Below are positions 10,107 to 20,087 of a DNA stretch of 64,000 nucleotides, piece after piece. The stretch is from a bacterium (GTDB lineage: Bacteria; UBA8248; JACPRG01; G963555815), in the NCBI GenBank assembly GCA_965261595.1, contig CBDHDG010000002.1, forward strand, positions 32,001-96,000. Direction: 5' to 3'. The notes beneath the pieces are model-generated. The model had not been told where the DNA came from. It made no database searches and saw only the letters and a list, made by a program, of their open reading frames with translations. A program made the position numbers and the translations under genes. Numbering within the stretch: the stretch's first letter is position 1; every line of letters begins with the position of its first letter.

Positions 10107-10241
10107 TCATTTGCTCGCCTCGGTGTTATCGGCTTGCATTGACGTGCCATGCAGCTCGAACCGGATCGCGCCATGGACGAGGCGGTCAAGAATAGCGTCC
10201 GCGAGGGTGGCCTCATTCAGTTGCTGATGCCAGTCGACCAA
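10107..10241 (-). pseudogene. istB: IS21-family IstB helper ATPase, C-terminal remnant
   Basis: WHQQLNEATLADAILDRLVHGAIRFELHGTSM. Confidence 0.8.
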
Positions 10242-10243
10242 CG

Positions 10244-10633
10244 GAGAACGCCTACCGGGTTGCCCGGGACATCCGCGACATCGGCCTCGTGACCGCCGAC
10301 GCGATCGCCATGAAGCTCGGCATCGATAAGACGGCCATGGTCCGGCTACGCGCTCTGCGAAGCGACGGACGATGGACATTGTGGGCTGCCGGACGAAGAG
10401 CTCGAAGCGCCCGCAGCCAAACTCCTCGAGGTCCCCGCGGAGCTGATCCGGACCGCGCTGGACCTGGAACTGGCCGACGCCGCGGTGGTCGCCGACTCGG
10501 TGGCAGACACGCACTGCATATTCCTTGGCGGCCTGTACCGAGCCGGGTGCGCGATCACCGGTCGTCTTCTCGATATTGCCGCCGGCAAGCCCCCCTGGCC
10601 CTAGATCGACCCGGATAAGGCGCTGCCTCGGGT
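10244..10633 (+). pseudogene. RecD2-like helicase, internal fragment
   Basis: ENAYRVARDIRDIGLVTADAIAMKLGI...DGHCGLP...KLLEVPAELI...FLGGLYRA...PWP-stop-IDPDKAL, with a frameshift and a stop. Confidence 0.75.
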
Positions 10634-10655
10634 CAGCCCCAATACTGCCGGAGAA

Positions 10656-12131
10656 TTATTGCCGGTCGAAAACTGCCTCGAAGCTTGCGAGGGCAGATCG
10701 AAGGTTCTCCATGACCTCTTCAGCCAGCACTTCCGGTTCTGGAAGGTTTTGAAGGTCGGTCATCGAAGAATCGCGGAGCCAGAAGACGTCCAGGCTTGCT
10801 TTGTCGCGCGCCAATAGTTCCTCGCGAGCAAATGTCCGCCAGCGACCATCCGGTGTCTCGTCGCTCCAGGTCGGCTTGCGTTCATGCCGGTTGCCAGGAT
10901 TGTAGCAGGTTACGAAATCCTCGAGGTGGCCATAGGTCAGGGGCTTTTGTTTCAACGTGTGATGAACGTTGGTCCGATAGTCGTAATACCAAACCTTGGA
11001 CGTCTGCGGGTCAGGGCTGGCGGCTCGGTTGTCAAAGAAGATGACATTCGCTTTCACGCCCTGGGCATAGAATATCCCCGTAGGCAGCCGAAGGATCGTG
11101 TGCAGGTCGGTCGTCTGAAGCAGTTTCCGACGGATTATCTCGCCGGCACCACCCTCGAACAGCACATTGTCCGGAATGACGATGGCAGCGCGGCCCGTCG
11201 TCTTGAGCATCGTCTTGCTATGCTGGACGAAGTTCAGCTGCTTGTTCGAGGTTGTCGCCCAGAAATCCTGACGGTTGTAGGTCAGGTCATCTGTTTCATG
11301 CTCCCCTTCGGCATTCGTGAAGCTCATTGAGCTCTTCTTTCCGAAAGGCGGATTTGCCAACACGTAGTCGAAGGTGTCGGATGGTGGAGAAACCAAAGCA
11401 TCGGCGGGGGAAACCAGCGTCTCGCCTGTCATTTTGCCGATTCCATGCAGGAACATGTTCATCAGGCAGAGCCGCCGCGTCCCGGCAACGATTTCGTTGC
11501 CGTAGAATGTCGAGTGCTTGAGGAACGCTCTCTGATCCTTGTCGAGCGAGAAATTCTCTGCATCGGTCAGGAAGTCGTGTACGGCGAGAAAGAACCCGCC
11601 CGTGCCGCAAGCGGGATCGGTAATTGTCTTTCCGGGCTCGGGACGGACGCATTCTACCATTGCGCGGATCAGGGCGCGTGGAGTGAAATATTGGCCTGCG
11701 CCGGACTTTGTATCCTCAGCGTTGCGTTCCAGCAGCCTCTCGTAGATGTCGCCCTTGACATCAGCGTCCAGCGTCACCCATTTGGTGCCGTCTACCATAT
11801 CGATGAGGCGGTAGAGCTTGGCTCGATCGGTAATCTTATTCTGCGCCTTCGTGAAGATCTGGCCGAGCATACCTTTCTGTTCACCCAGCTTACGCAGGAG
11901 CATAATGTAATGAGGCTCAAGCTCCGCGCCCCTCCGGGTGGTCAGGCTGGTCCAATCGCAACCCACTGGGATATCTACGTCACGATTGTAGGGTGGTTCG
12001 GCGTATTCGTACGCCATCTTGAGGAAAATGAGGTAGGTCAGCTGCTCGAGGTAGTCGCCATAACCCACGCCGTCGTCGCGCAGCGTAGTACAGAAGCTCC
12101 AGACTTTCGAAATGATTGACTCTGTGTTCAC
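10656..12131 (-). CDS. hsdM: Type I restriction-modification methyltransferase subunit
   Basis: GQYFTPR, DPACGTGGF, NPPF, LRLPTGIFY. Start (GTG 12131 or ATG 12137) overlaps an IS1380 end. Confidence 0.95.
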   Translation of the reverse strand: MNTESIISKVWSFCTTLRDDGVGYGDYLEQLTYLIFLKMAYEYAEPPYNRDVDIPVGCDWTSLTTRRGAELEPHYIMLLRKLGEQKGMLGQIFTKAQNKITDRAKLYRLIDMVDGTKWVTLDADVKGDIYERLLERNAEDTKSGAGQYFTPRALIRAMVECVRPEPGKTITDPACGTGGFFLAVHDFLTDAENFSLDKDQRAFLKHSTFYGNEIVAGTRRLCLMNMFLHGIGKMTGETLVSPADALVSPPSDTFDYVLANPPFGKKSSMSFTNAEGEHETDDLTYNRQDFWATTSNKQLNFVQHSKTMLKTTGRAAIVIPDNVLFEGGAGEIIRRKLLQTTDLHTILRLPTGIFYAQGVKANVIFFDNRAASPDPQTSKVWYYDYRTNVHHTLKQKPLTYGHLEDFVTCYNPGNRHERKPTWSDETPDGRWRTFAREELLARDKASLDVFWLRDSSMTDLQNLPEPEVLAEEVMENLRSALASFEAVFDRQ

Positions 12132-12847
12132 CCGCATTTCCCATATGGATGATAATTTTTAACGCCCCGAAGGCCGTTTTCTCGTGTAAAATCAAGGTGT
12201 TGGCCTCTCCCTGCCATCATCTTGCGAGGGGACCCGATGGGTGAAGCGAAAAAGAGGCCGTTGAGGCTCCAATTCGACGGTCGGCTCAGGCTGGAGTTTC
12301 ACGGAGCAAAGGTTACGAGTGACGCCGGTTTGCTTGCCTATCGTGAACTGGATGAGGTGTTGGGGCTGACGAAGGCGGCCGAGGGGTTTCTGTCCGATTC
12401 ACGGACGGGCGGGAACACCCGGCACAGCCTCACCGCTTTGGTGCGCCAGTCGGTCTACAGCCGCCTGGCAGGATATAAAGACACCAATGATGCCGAGCGG
12501 CTCTGTGTCGATCCCGCCATGCGTCAGGTGGTTGGGGGGCGAGCGAAGTATCACACCGCTGCCTCCACCAGCCAGATGAGCCGATTCGAGACGCAGACCC
12601 TCACCCGGCCCCTTAACCCCTCAAGGCGCTGAGCGGTCTGCCCGGTGTGTTGGTGGATCGTGTCCGCAAACGCAAGCCGATTCGCAAGCTGATCCTGGAC
12701 ATGGACAGTTCGGTCAGCCCGACCCACGGTGAGCAGGAAGGCTCTTCCTACAACGGCCACTTCGGCTGCACCTGCTATCACCCACTGTTTTGCTTCAACC
12801 AGTTTGGCGATCTGGAGCGGGCGCTGTTGCGCAACGGCAAGGTCCAC
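12131..12847 (+). mobile_element. IS1380-family element, left part (tnp from 12237, frameshifted, truncated by IS3)
   Basis: End CCCGCATTTCCCATATGGAT shared with 46494; TSDAGLL, LDMDSS, YNGHF, YHPL motifs. Confidence 0.88.
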
Positions 12848-14252
12848 TCCCCCGCTCTAGGGTTTTGTTGGACACTCGATTGATCCATGATTCATGGAGA
12901 AAGGGGTGTCGCGATGAACGAACAAAAGCAAGAGGGGGCTTTGGCGGAGGGCGCCCGCAGGGCGAACGGAGCCAAGGCCCCAGGGCATCGCAGTGAGCGG
13001 GGTCGGTTCTCCTGCCAGGCGCAAGCGGGAGGCGGTCCTGCGTCTTTTGCGGGGCGAGAGCCTGGAGACGCTCTGCCGCGAGTTGGGCACGACAGCGGCT
13101 CGGCTTTCCGCCTGGTGCGAGGCGTTCCTTCGCGGGGGCGAGGCGGCGCTCAAAGCCCGCCCGGCGGATGAGCGGGACGAGGAGAACGCCCGGCTCAAGG
13201 CCAAGGTGGGTGAACTCACGATGGAGGGCGAGGTCCTGCGGGAGAAGATCGACCGCCTGGAGGCCGGCCGCCCTTTAGCCGGCAGGAGGTGGAGGCGATG
13301 AGTCAGGCCCGCTTCACCTCCACGGGCAGAGCCTACGGCCTGAAGCGGGTGTGCGCCCTTTGGGGCTTGGCGCGCTCCACGGTCTACGCGCAACGGCGGC
13401 GAGAGGCGGTCCCCGTTCATGAACGCCCCACGCCCAATAAGCGCGGCCCTGTGGGCCCGTGCACCGATGCGGAACTCCTCGGCCACATCCGGCAGGTCCT
13501 GGAGGACTCTCCCTTCCATGGCGAGGGCTACCGCAAGGTGTGGGCGAGGCTGCGCTTCGCGGGCATCCGCACCAGCAAGGAGCGGATGCGTCGCCTGATG
13601 CGGGAGGCGGGGCTTCAGGCCCCCCACCGGGTGGGCAAACCCCGAGGTCCCAAGGCCCACAACGGGACCATCCGCACCGAGCGGCCCGACCGAATGTGGG
13701 GCACGCACATGACGACGACGGTGACCACCGAGGAGGGGATGGCCTCGGTGTTCGTGGCGGTGGATCACTGCTCGGTGGACTGCGTGGGGATCCATGCGGC
13801 CAAGAGCGGCAACCGCTTCGAGGCCCTGGAGCCGATCCGGCAGGGGGTCGCCGAGCGCTTCGCCGGCTTGGAGGCGGACGTCGCCGAGGGGCTTAAAGTT
13901 CGTCACGACCACGGCCCCGCCTATCTGTCCGATGACTTTCAGCGGGAGATCGCCTACCTGGGCATGACCAGTTCGCCCAGCTTCGTGCGGGCGCCCGAGG
14001 GAAATGGCTACTGTGAGTGGTTCATCCGCATCTTGAAGGAGAATCTCCTGTGGGTGCGCTCTTTCGCCACCGTAGAGGAACTGCGGTGGGCGCTGCTTGA
14101 GTTCAAGAACCTGTACAACCATCATTGGATTCTCGAGGGCTACGGCTACCGAACGCCGGCCCAGGCAAGGCAGGAAAAACTCGCTCAAGTTGCGGAGGCC
14201 GCATGAGGTCGAATACCCTCACCCGAGTGTCCAATAACCCAGGGGCGGTCCA
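12848..14252 (+). mobile_element. IS3-family element, copy 1 of 5 (defective)
   Basis: Near-identical to four other copies. orfA has an extra G near 13018; orfB (to 14206) has the first catalytic Asp changed to His (WGTHM). Flanks CCAC/CAGC show no target duplication. Confidence 0.93.
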
Positions 14253-14903
14253 CAGCTTATCTGCGTTTTGCGTGCGCCAGTCGGTGGTGAGGCGGCCTAG
14301 ATACGCAGATGTCAGCAGGGATTGGCGGTAGAGGGCAAGGGTGGTTTTCGCCGTTTGCAGGCTCTTGACCCCCTTGTCGATCTCGTCGAACAGCGCCTCG
14401 ATCTTCCCCACGATTCGGCGTTGTTCGTTGGTGGGGGCGATTGGTACGGGTAGAACGCCGAACGCTGACCCTGAAAGCTCTTTGAAAGTGGTGCCGGTCG
14501 CGCGTTGCTCGGCCAGTTCCTTGGACGCTTTGAGGTAGTGATACAGGTATTCATTGAAAATGCCGGAGCACGGTACGACAGATTTGAAGCCCTGATTTGT
14601 TGCTGCCGGTTCAGTATTGATGGCGACGTATCCCACTGGTGCACGGGACGAAAACATCACGCTTCCGGCTGGCATTATCCGAGCGGATGAATTTGCAAGG
14701 CCTTCCTCGGTCAGCGTCTTTGCGCCGCGCGCTATGAATTTTTGTTTGTAGCCAGTGAGATCGGATGGTGCGAACCAGATAACATCGCCGTCCCAATACT
14801 CCCGTTGTTTCGTCGAGGGCGTGCCGCCGGAAACGACGTTCCCGAGTTCCTTGATTACCGTCCATTCCCAAGTCAAAGGGATTTCCCATAAACACTCCGT
14901 CAT
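14253..14903 (-). pseudogene. hsdS: Type I RM specificity subunit, N-terminal half only
   Basis: IPLTWEW, SGGTPST, SSRAPVGYV, TNQGF, PTNEQRRIVGKIEAL, then GRLTTDWR cut by IS3; second target-recognition domain missing. Confidence 0.9.
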
Positions 14904-15335
14904 GCCGAGAGCGCCTCATTCATCTCGGTTATGATTTCGTCCATCACGTCGCCAAAGTGCGCGTACATCTGCCCCAGCCCGGCCTGGCCGTCAAAGGGGG
15001 CCATTTCCAGATCGTCGCGCTCGATGGTGAAGGAGGTGGCGAGGTGGTCGCGGATCATGCGCAGCCAGTCCATCTGCTCCTCGGTGAATTTCTCGCCTGC
15101 GCCGGAGTGCCGTTTCAGTATCCAGTTCTGAAAGTTGCGCCGCACGCGGTCGGAATGCCGCGTGAGCGACTGGTCGAGCCCGGTGACTCGTCGGATGAGC
15201 GCGACCAGCGCGGTGAGGTCTCCGGCAGGGGTGTCGCCCTTGTAATCGTCGAGATGCGCATAGGCGCCAGACGGTAAGCGGGGCGAGGCGACGGCGATCC
15301 TCGGTCAGTTTCTTCAGCACGTCCTTGCCACATAT
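14900..15335 (-). pseudogene. hsdR: Type I RM restriction subunit, C-terminal remnant (EcoEI-R-C-like)
   Basis: LAPLTVW / AYAHLD...LTALVALIRRV...FTEEQMDWLRMIRDH...PFDGQAGL; stop overlaps the hsdS ATG. Confidence 0.8.
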
Positions 15336-15647
15336 GCAATCGGGCATCCAAGCGGGGAGCGACCAAGCCTGCAACACGGCGGCCCTGCAGGGTTTTCCGA
15401 TCAGCAGCGTAGTAGCGCTCAAAACGGCGGTCATCGTATCGGAATCGGCTGGATTCCATGCCCGTAGCGTGCATGGCGTCGATGGTCGCGATCAAGGGTG
15501 ACCAGACAGTCACGGGCACCCCGCCAAAGTCGACATGGCTTGTGCCGGAAACCGTTGTTCTTCGCCCCAGGTACATGTTCCTGCCTTATTTGCCATCTTG
15601 AAGGTAGCGGTGTCGGCATTCGCCCGTCAACCCGTTGTGTCCCCTTG

Positions 15648-15872
15648 TGTCAGTAGCACAAGGTATGTCCGGAATGTGTAGCACGCGATATGTCCGGTTT
15701 CTTGAAGCGTTCCAAGGAACCGGGGGTATCGATGGATCCGGAGATACGGATTGTGCGCATAGCAGAAGCATTGGGCCGCTATGGCAGCGGCGCGTTGAGC
15801 TGTCTGGAGGCGGCGGAGGTCTTGGGGATGTCGGAGCGTCATTTTCGCCGGCTTCGCGACCGCTACGAGGCC
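15648..15872 (+). mobile_element. ISNCY/IS1202-like element, left-end remnant
   Basis: TGT end with a repeated TAGCAC..ATGTCCGG subterminal motif; HTH start LSCLEAAEVLGMSERHFRRLRDRYEA from ATG 15732. Confidence 0.7.
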
Positions 15873-15982
15873 GCCGTTGCGCCGGGACATTCAGGATCGC
15901 CGTCATCGCACCGAAAGCGTCCGGTTTCAACATCCAGGCTCCCCTGGTCCTCGCTTGACCCTGATCCACGTCTATTCCCAGT

Positions 15983-16270
15983 TCACGACGTGTTGCCGTC
16001 ACTCACGGCATCCTTGAGCGCCTTGCCCGCCTTGAACGCCGGCGCGGTCGAGGCCGGTATCGACAGGCTCTCGCCGGTCTGCGGGTTGCGCCCGGTACGA
16101 GCCGGACGGTTTCTTCTTCCGAAGGTTCCGAATCCCGCGATCCTCACTTCCTCGCCATTTGCCAGGGCCTCGCCCACCGCCTCGAACACAGCCTCCACCG
16201 CGTTCCCGGACGCCGACTGGCTCAAGCCGATCCGGTCTGCCACACGACCGGCGAGGTCCGACTTCTTCAT
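15983..16270 (-). CDS. hup: HU/IHF-family DNA-binding protein
   Basis: MKKSDL...VRIAGFGTF...RTGRNPQTGE...PAFKAGKALKDAV. Confidence 0.95.
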   Translation of the reverse strand: MKKSDLAGRVADRIGLSQSASGNAVEAVFEAVGEALANGEEVRIAGFGTFGRRNRPARTGRNPQTGESLSIPASTAPAFKAGKALKDAVSDGNTS

Positions 16271-16546
16271 GCGGTCACTCCCCAAAGATACGTCCTGCGC
16301 ACCCGCCGCTTTGTCGTTCGATCGACCGACCGCCAGCGCGCCTTTCACAGGTAACACGAAACACTGGCTGCATCGATCTGGTTCGGGATCGGCACACCTG
16401 GCCCTTCCCTTGCCGGCCAGCGCTCCCGGTTCATCGGTCGCCGCGTGTCCGCAGCCAGCCTTCAGGAGTTCGCGGCCGGCGTCGTCCGGGCGAACCCGAG
16501 GGCCGGAGAACGGTCCTCCTGCGCCACCGCCCGGGAGACAGCCGCC

Positions 16547-16786
16547 ATGACCACCAACATTACAGAAGACCATCGCCGCGCGTTCGAGGCCCTGACAACG
16601 GGCAAGGCCGGGAACTTCTGCCTGTTTTCCTGTTTCCTTTCGGGCCGGCCCGCGGCCGCGATCGCCGCCGTGACCGTCTGCCCGCCCAGGGAGGAGGGCA
16701 GCGAACCTGAATACGTCATTTCTCCGCTGTTCAGTTCGATTGCCGACGACATGGTCCTGACCGACCACGACGGCCGCCAGGCATGA
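16547..16786 (+). CDS. Small hypothetical protein
   Basis: GGAG upstream, 79 aa, ATGA overlap with the next gene. Confidence 0.7.
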   Translation: MTTNITEDHRRAFEALTTGKAGNFCLFSCFLSGRPAAAIAAVTVCPPREEGSEPEYVISPLFSSIADDMVLTDHDGRQA

Positions 16787-17575
16787 ACGCGCGGCCCCGC
16801 AGACGCCGGGATCCCGCCCTCGAAGTCCCGGTGCCGCCCGAATGCCGGGAGATGATCCGGCGCGGTGCGCTGGTGTCGGTCTCGACGTCGGGAGGCAAGG
16901 ATTCGCAGGCCATGACGATCCTGCTCGCGCGCATTGTCCCGCGGCATCAGCTCGTGGCGGTTCACGCGCCCCTTGGCGAGGTCGAGTGGCCCGGCACGGT
17001 CGCCAATATCGAGGCGACAATTCCCGAGGGCGTGCCGCTGATCCTTGCCCCCGTTACGTCCGGCAAGTTGCTGCTCGATCGCATAGAGGAACGTGGCCGC
17101 TTCCCATCTCCGTCAGTGAGGTGGTGTACGAGCACGCTTAAACGCGGGCCGATCCAGCGCGAATTGCGCCGCTATCTTAGCGCCCATCCACAATACGGGG
17201 GGGCGGTTGATCAAAGCGATGGGCATGCGCGCCGACGAAAGCCCCGCACGGCCCCGGAAAATCCCCTGGCGGCGTAACGACCGTATGAGCGTCGCTGGGC
17301 GCGAGGTCTTCGACTGGCTGCCGGTCTACGACCTTTCCACCGACGATGTCTTCCGAGTCATCCACGATGCCGGCCAGTCACCGCACTGGATCTACGAGCA
17401 CCTGCCCAGGTGTTCCTGTGCGTTTTGCATATTCTCGTCACCTGAACAGCTGCGCTGCGCGGCCGAACTCCGGCCCGAACTCTACCGCAGGTACGCGGAG
17501 CTTGAGAGACGCATCGGCCACACGCTGTCGCCGTCGCGCGTGCCCTTGACCCAGCTCACGGGCATCCCCCTGTAG
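16783..17575 (+). pseudogene. PAPS-reductase-family (PP-loop) protein, frameshifted in a G7 run
   Basis: SGGKDS and RWCTSTLK in one frame; GMRADES, WLPVY and CSCAFC in another; switch at G7 17197-17203. Confidence 0.85.
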
Positions 17576-17632
17576 CCAGCCGCTGTGGCGGGCCTGAGCA
17601 ACGTGGCCGGCTCGCTCCAGTCATCACGCTGG

Positions 17633-17917
17633 TCAGCCGGGCCTTCCCCTCGAAATCAGGATGTCGCGGAGATGGTCGACGATCGCCATCGTCGCCGCCA
17701 CTTCCGCTTCCTGCGGCAGGTCCCCCTCGATCTCGCCTTCGGCGCGCCTGACGGTCGCCTCGAGCCGGTCCAGCATGTCGCGGATCTCCTCGATCGAGAA
17801 CACGCCTTTTTCGATCAGCCCGTCCATCACGGCGGCCATCACATTACCCATTCCCTTCGCGGCGGCGCCGGCCATCTGGATCCCGGCTTTCGCGAGTTCC
17901 CGATCCCATTGGTCCAT
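17633..17917 (-). CDS. Small helical hypothetical protein
   Basis: AAGGGAGAG before ATG 17917; 94 aa MDQWDRELAKAG...; protein-like composition. Confidence 0.6.
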   Translation of the reverse strand: MDQWDRELAKAGIQMAGAAAKGMGNVMAAVMDGLIEKGVFSIEEIRDMLDRLEATVRRAEGEIEGDLPQEAEVAATMAIVDHLRDILISRGRPG

Positions 17918-18123
17918 TTTTCTCTCCCTTGATCGTGCGTCCGCAGGCCGGTGCGAAGGCGCGGCCTGGCGGACATCCCGCGGGGCGATGCACCCGGAAT
18001 CGCTGGCGTCTCCAGAAGCAAGCCTGCACGCCGGACGGAGCGGGAGTTCCGGCTGCCGGCGGGTCGAAGGCCGGGCTCCCGGAGGGTGCCCGCGCCGCCG
18101 TCCAGCCATTCCGGAGCACGCCC

Positions 18124-19149
18124 ATGACCGACCCCGACACCATCTCCGCCGACTACACGCTGCGCCCCAGCGAACTCGCCGTCACCCTCGCACTTCTGGT
18201 CGAGGCCCGCCAGCCGACCCTGGAATGGGGACCGCCCGGCACTGCAAAATCGATGATCGCCCGGCAGGTCGCCGCCGATGCCGGCCGCCAGTATGTCGAC
18301 GTCCGGGCGCTCCTGCTCGACCCCGTCGACCTGCGCGGCATTCCGTGGCGCGACAGCGCCGACCGCACCCGCTGGGCGCCGCCGGCCTTCCTGCCGCCCA
18401 CCGACGATCCCGGCCGCTGGCTCATCAACCTGGAAGAGCTGCCGTCCGCGGTGCAGATGGTGCAGGCGGCGCTGTATCAGTTGGTGCTCGACCGCAAGGT
18501 GGGCGAATACGAGCTCCCCGAGGGCGCCTCGCTGATCGCCTGCGGCAACCGCGAGTTCGACCGCGGCGTCGTCCACCGCATGCCGACGCCGCTGGCATCG
18601 CGCTTCGTTCATCTGGAGATCAGGGTCGATGCCCAGGACTGGATCGCCTGGGGGGCGGCGAACGGAATCACGCCCGAGGTCCTGTTCTACATCCAGATGC
18701 GCCCCGACATGCTGCACCTGTTCGATCCCCAGTCGCGCGAGAAAGCGTTTTGCTGCCCTCGGACGTGGGAGATGGTTTCCAACATCGTGAACCGGCGGAA
18801 CGGCCTCGATCCGTCCGTCGAACGCGCGCTGTTCCGCGGCACCGTGGGCGAGGCCGCCGCGGTCGAGTTTTCCGCATTTCTGAAGGTCTGGCGCGAGTTG
18901 CCCCATCCGAGGGCCGTCATCGACGATCCCGAGAACGCCGTAGTGCCGGAGAACGCCAGCGCGCTGATCGCGCTCTGCGGCTCGCTCTACCGCATGGCCG
19001 ACGACATCAACCTCGGCGCCATCGTCACCTACGCCACGCGCCTGCGCCGCGAGATCGGCGAGTTCCTCGTCGGTTCCTGCATCCGCCGCGATCCGGACCT
19101 GCAGCGCTCGCCGGCCTTCATCCGCTGGGCCGCCGCCCGCACCCAGTGA
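18124..19149 (+). CDS. MoxR-like AAA+ ATPase
   Basis: WGPPGTAKS (Walker A variant), DLRGIP, INLEEL (Walker B variant), CGNR, PLASRF, PRTWE. Confidence 0.85.
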   Translation: MTDPDTISADYTLRPSELAVTLALLVEARQPTLEWGPPGTAKSMIARQVAADAGRQYVDVRALLLDPVDLRGIPWRDSADRTRWAPPAFLPPTDDPGRWLINLEELPSAVQMVQAALYQLVLDRKVGEYELPEGASLIACGNREFDRGVVHRMPTPLASRFVHLEIRVDAQDWIAWGAANGITPEVLFYIQMRPDMLHLFDPQSREKAFCCPRTWEMVSNIVNRRNGLDPSVERALFRGTVGEAAAVEFSAFLKVWRELPHPRAVIDDPENAVVPENASALIALCGSLYRMADDINLGAIVTYATRLRREIGEFLVGSCIRRDPDLQRSPAFIRWAAARTQ

Positions 19150-19175
19150 CACCGCCATTTTGGGAGATCGACACC

Positions 19176-20087
19176 ATGGACCTCACCCACGACGCCATGC
19201 TGGTCAGCCTGCGCATCAGCGCCTGGTCGGGCCGGCTCTACGACCGCAAGGCGAGCAACCATGTTGCCGTCCACCATGAGGCCTCCGCCAGCGCCGGGCG
19301 CTACAACAAGTGCCTGCTGCCCAAGGCCGCTTTCGCCGCGCTCACCGCCACCATGAGCAAGGCGAGGAGTTCGCATTACGAGCAGACGCTGCCCTGGGAC
19401 GACCAGGGCAGCCGGCTGCTCACCGTCGCCAACTACGGACACTACATGGAACTCCTGGACGGCCTCCGGGAGCGCATGGTGCGCGAGCGCGCCCGCTTCA
19501 TCGAGGACTACGAGGACAACATCGACCAGGCCCGGCTCGATCTCGGCAAGCTGTTCCGCATCGAGGACTATCCCTCGCAGGAAGCGCTGCAGGGAAAGTT
19601 CGGCATCCGCTACCGCATCACGCCCGTCCCGGACGCCGACCACTTCATGGCGAAGCTCGCCTCGGACGACACCGACCGGGTCAAGCGCGACATCGAAAGC
19701 CAGATCGAGGAACGCCTGCACGATGCCGTGGGCGACCTCTACCGGCGCCTCGGCGAGGCGGTCGAGCGGGTCGGCGACCGGCTGCGCGAGGACGGCGAGG
19801 GCAAGCCGCTGGTGTTCCGCGATTCGATGATCCATAACATCCGGGGCCTGGTCGACGTGGTGCCGCGTCTCAACATCTTCGGCGACGACACCCTGGCCCG
19901 TCTCTGCGAGCAGGTGAAGGAGAAGATCGCCGGCGTCGAGCCGGATTCGCTCCGCCCCTCGCGGACCTTCGATCCCGCTGCCCGCGCCCGCGTAAAGCGC
20001 GACGCCGACGCGCTGATGGAGCAGTTCGCGGGGTATTTCGCGCCTGAGGCCGGGACCGCAGTCGAGTCCGAGCGGAAGGCCGCGTGA
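19176..20087 (+). CDS. Conserved-looking hypothetical helical protein (possibly DUF3150-like)
   Basis: GGGAG RBS, 303 aa, strong GC3 bias, sits between the AAA and vWA genes. Confidence 0.75.
   Translation: MDLTHDAMLVSLRISAWSGRLYDRKASNHVAVHHEASASAGRYNKCLLPKAAFAALTATMSKARSSHYEQTLPWDDQGSRLLTVANYGHYMELLDGLRERMVRERARFIEDYEDNIDQARLDLGKLFRIEDYPSQEALQGKFGIRYRITPVPDADHFMAKLASDDTDRVKRDIESQIEERLHDAVGDLYRRLGEAVERVGDRLREDGEGKPLVFRDSMIHNIRGLVDVVPRLNIFGDDTLARLCEQVKEKIAGVEPDSLRPSRTFDPAARARVKRDADALMEQFAGYFAPEAGTAVESERKAA

Noticed and set aside
15340..15640. Short ORFs between the hsdR remnant and the ISNCY end, and similar ones at 36830-37070, 41880-42090 and 44150-44600
   Set aside because: No recognisable motif, RBS or codon signal.
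16783..17575. Complete Dnd/Ssp phosphorothioation system
   Set aside because: No dndA/B/D/E or sspA/B/C/E genes in the window.
17661..20087. 808-aa ORF as a single protein
   Set aside because: The first 500 aa overlap the AAA gene out of frame; the real gene starts at ATG 19176 behind an RBS.
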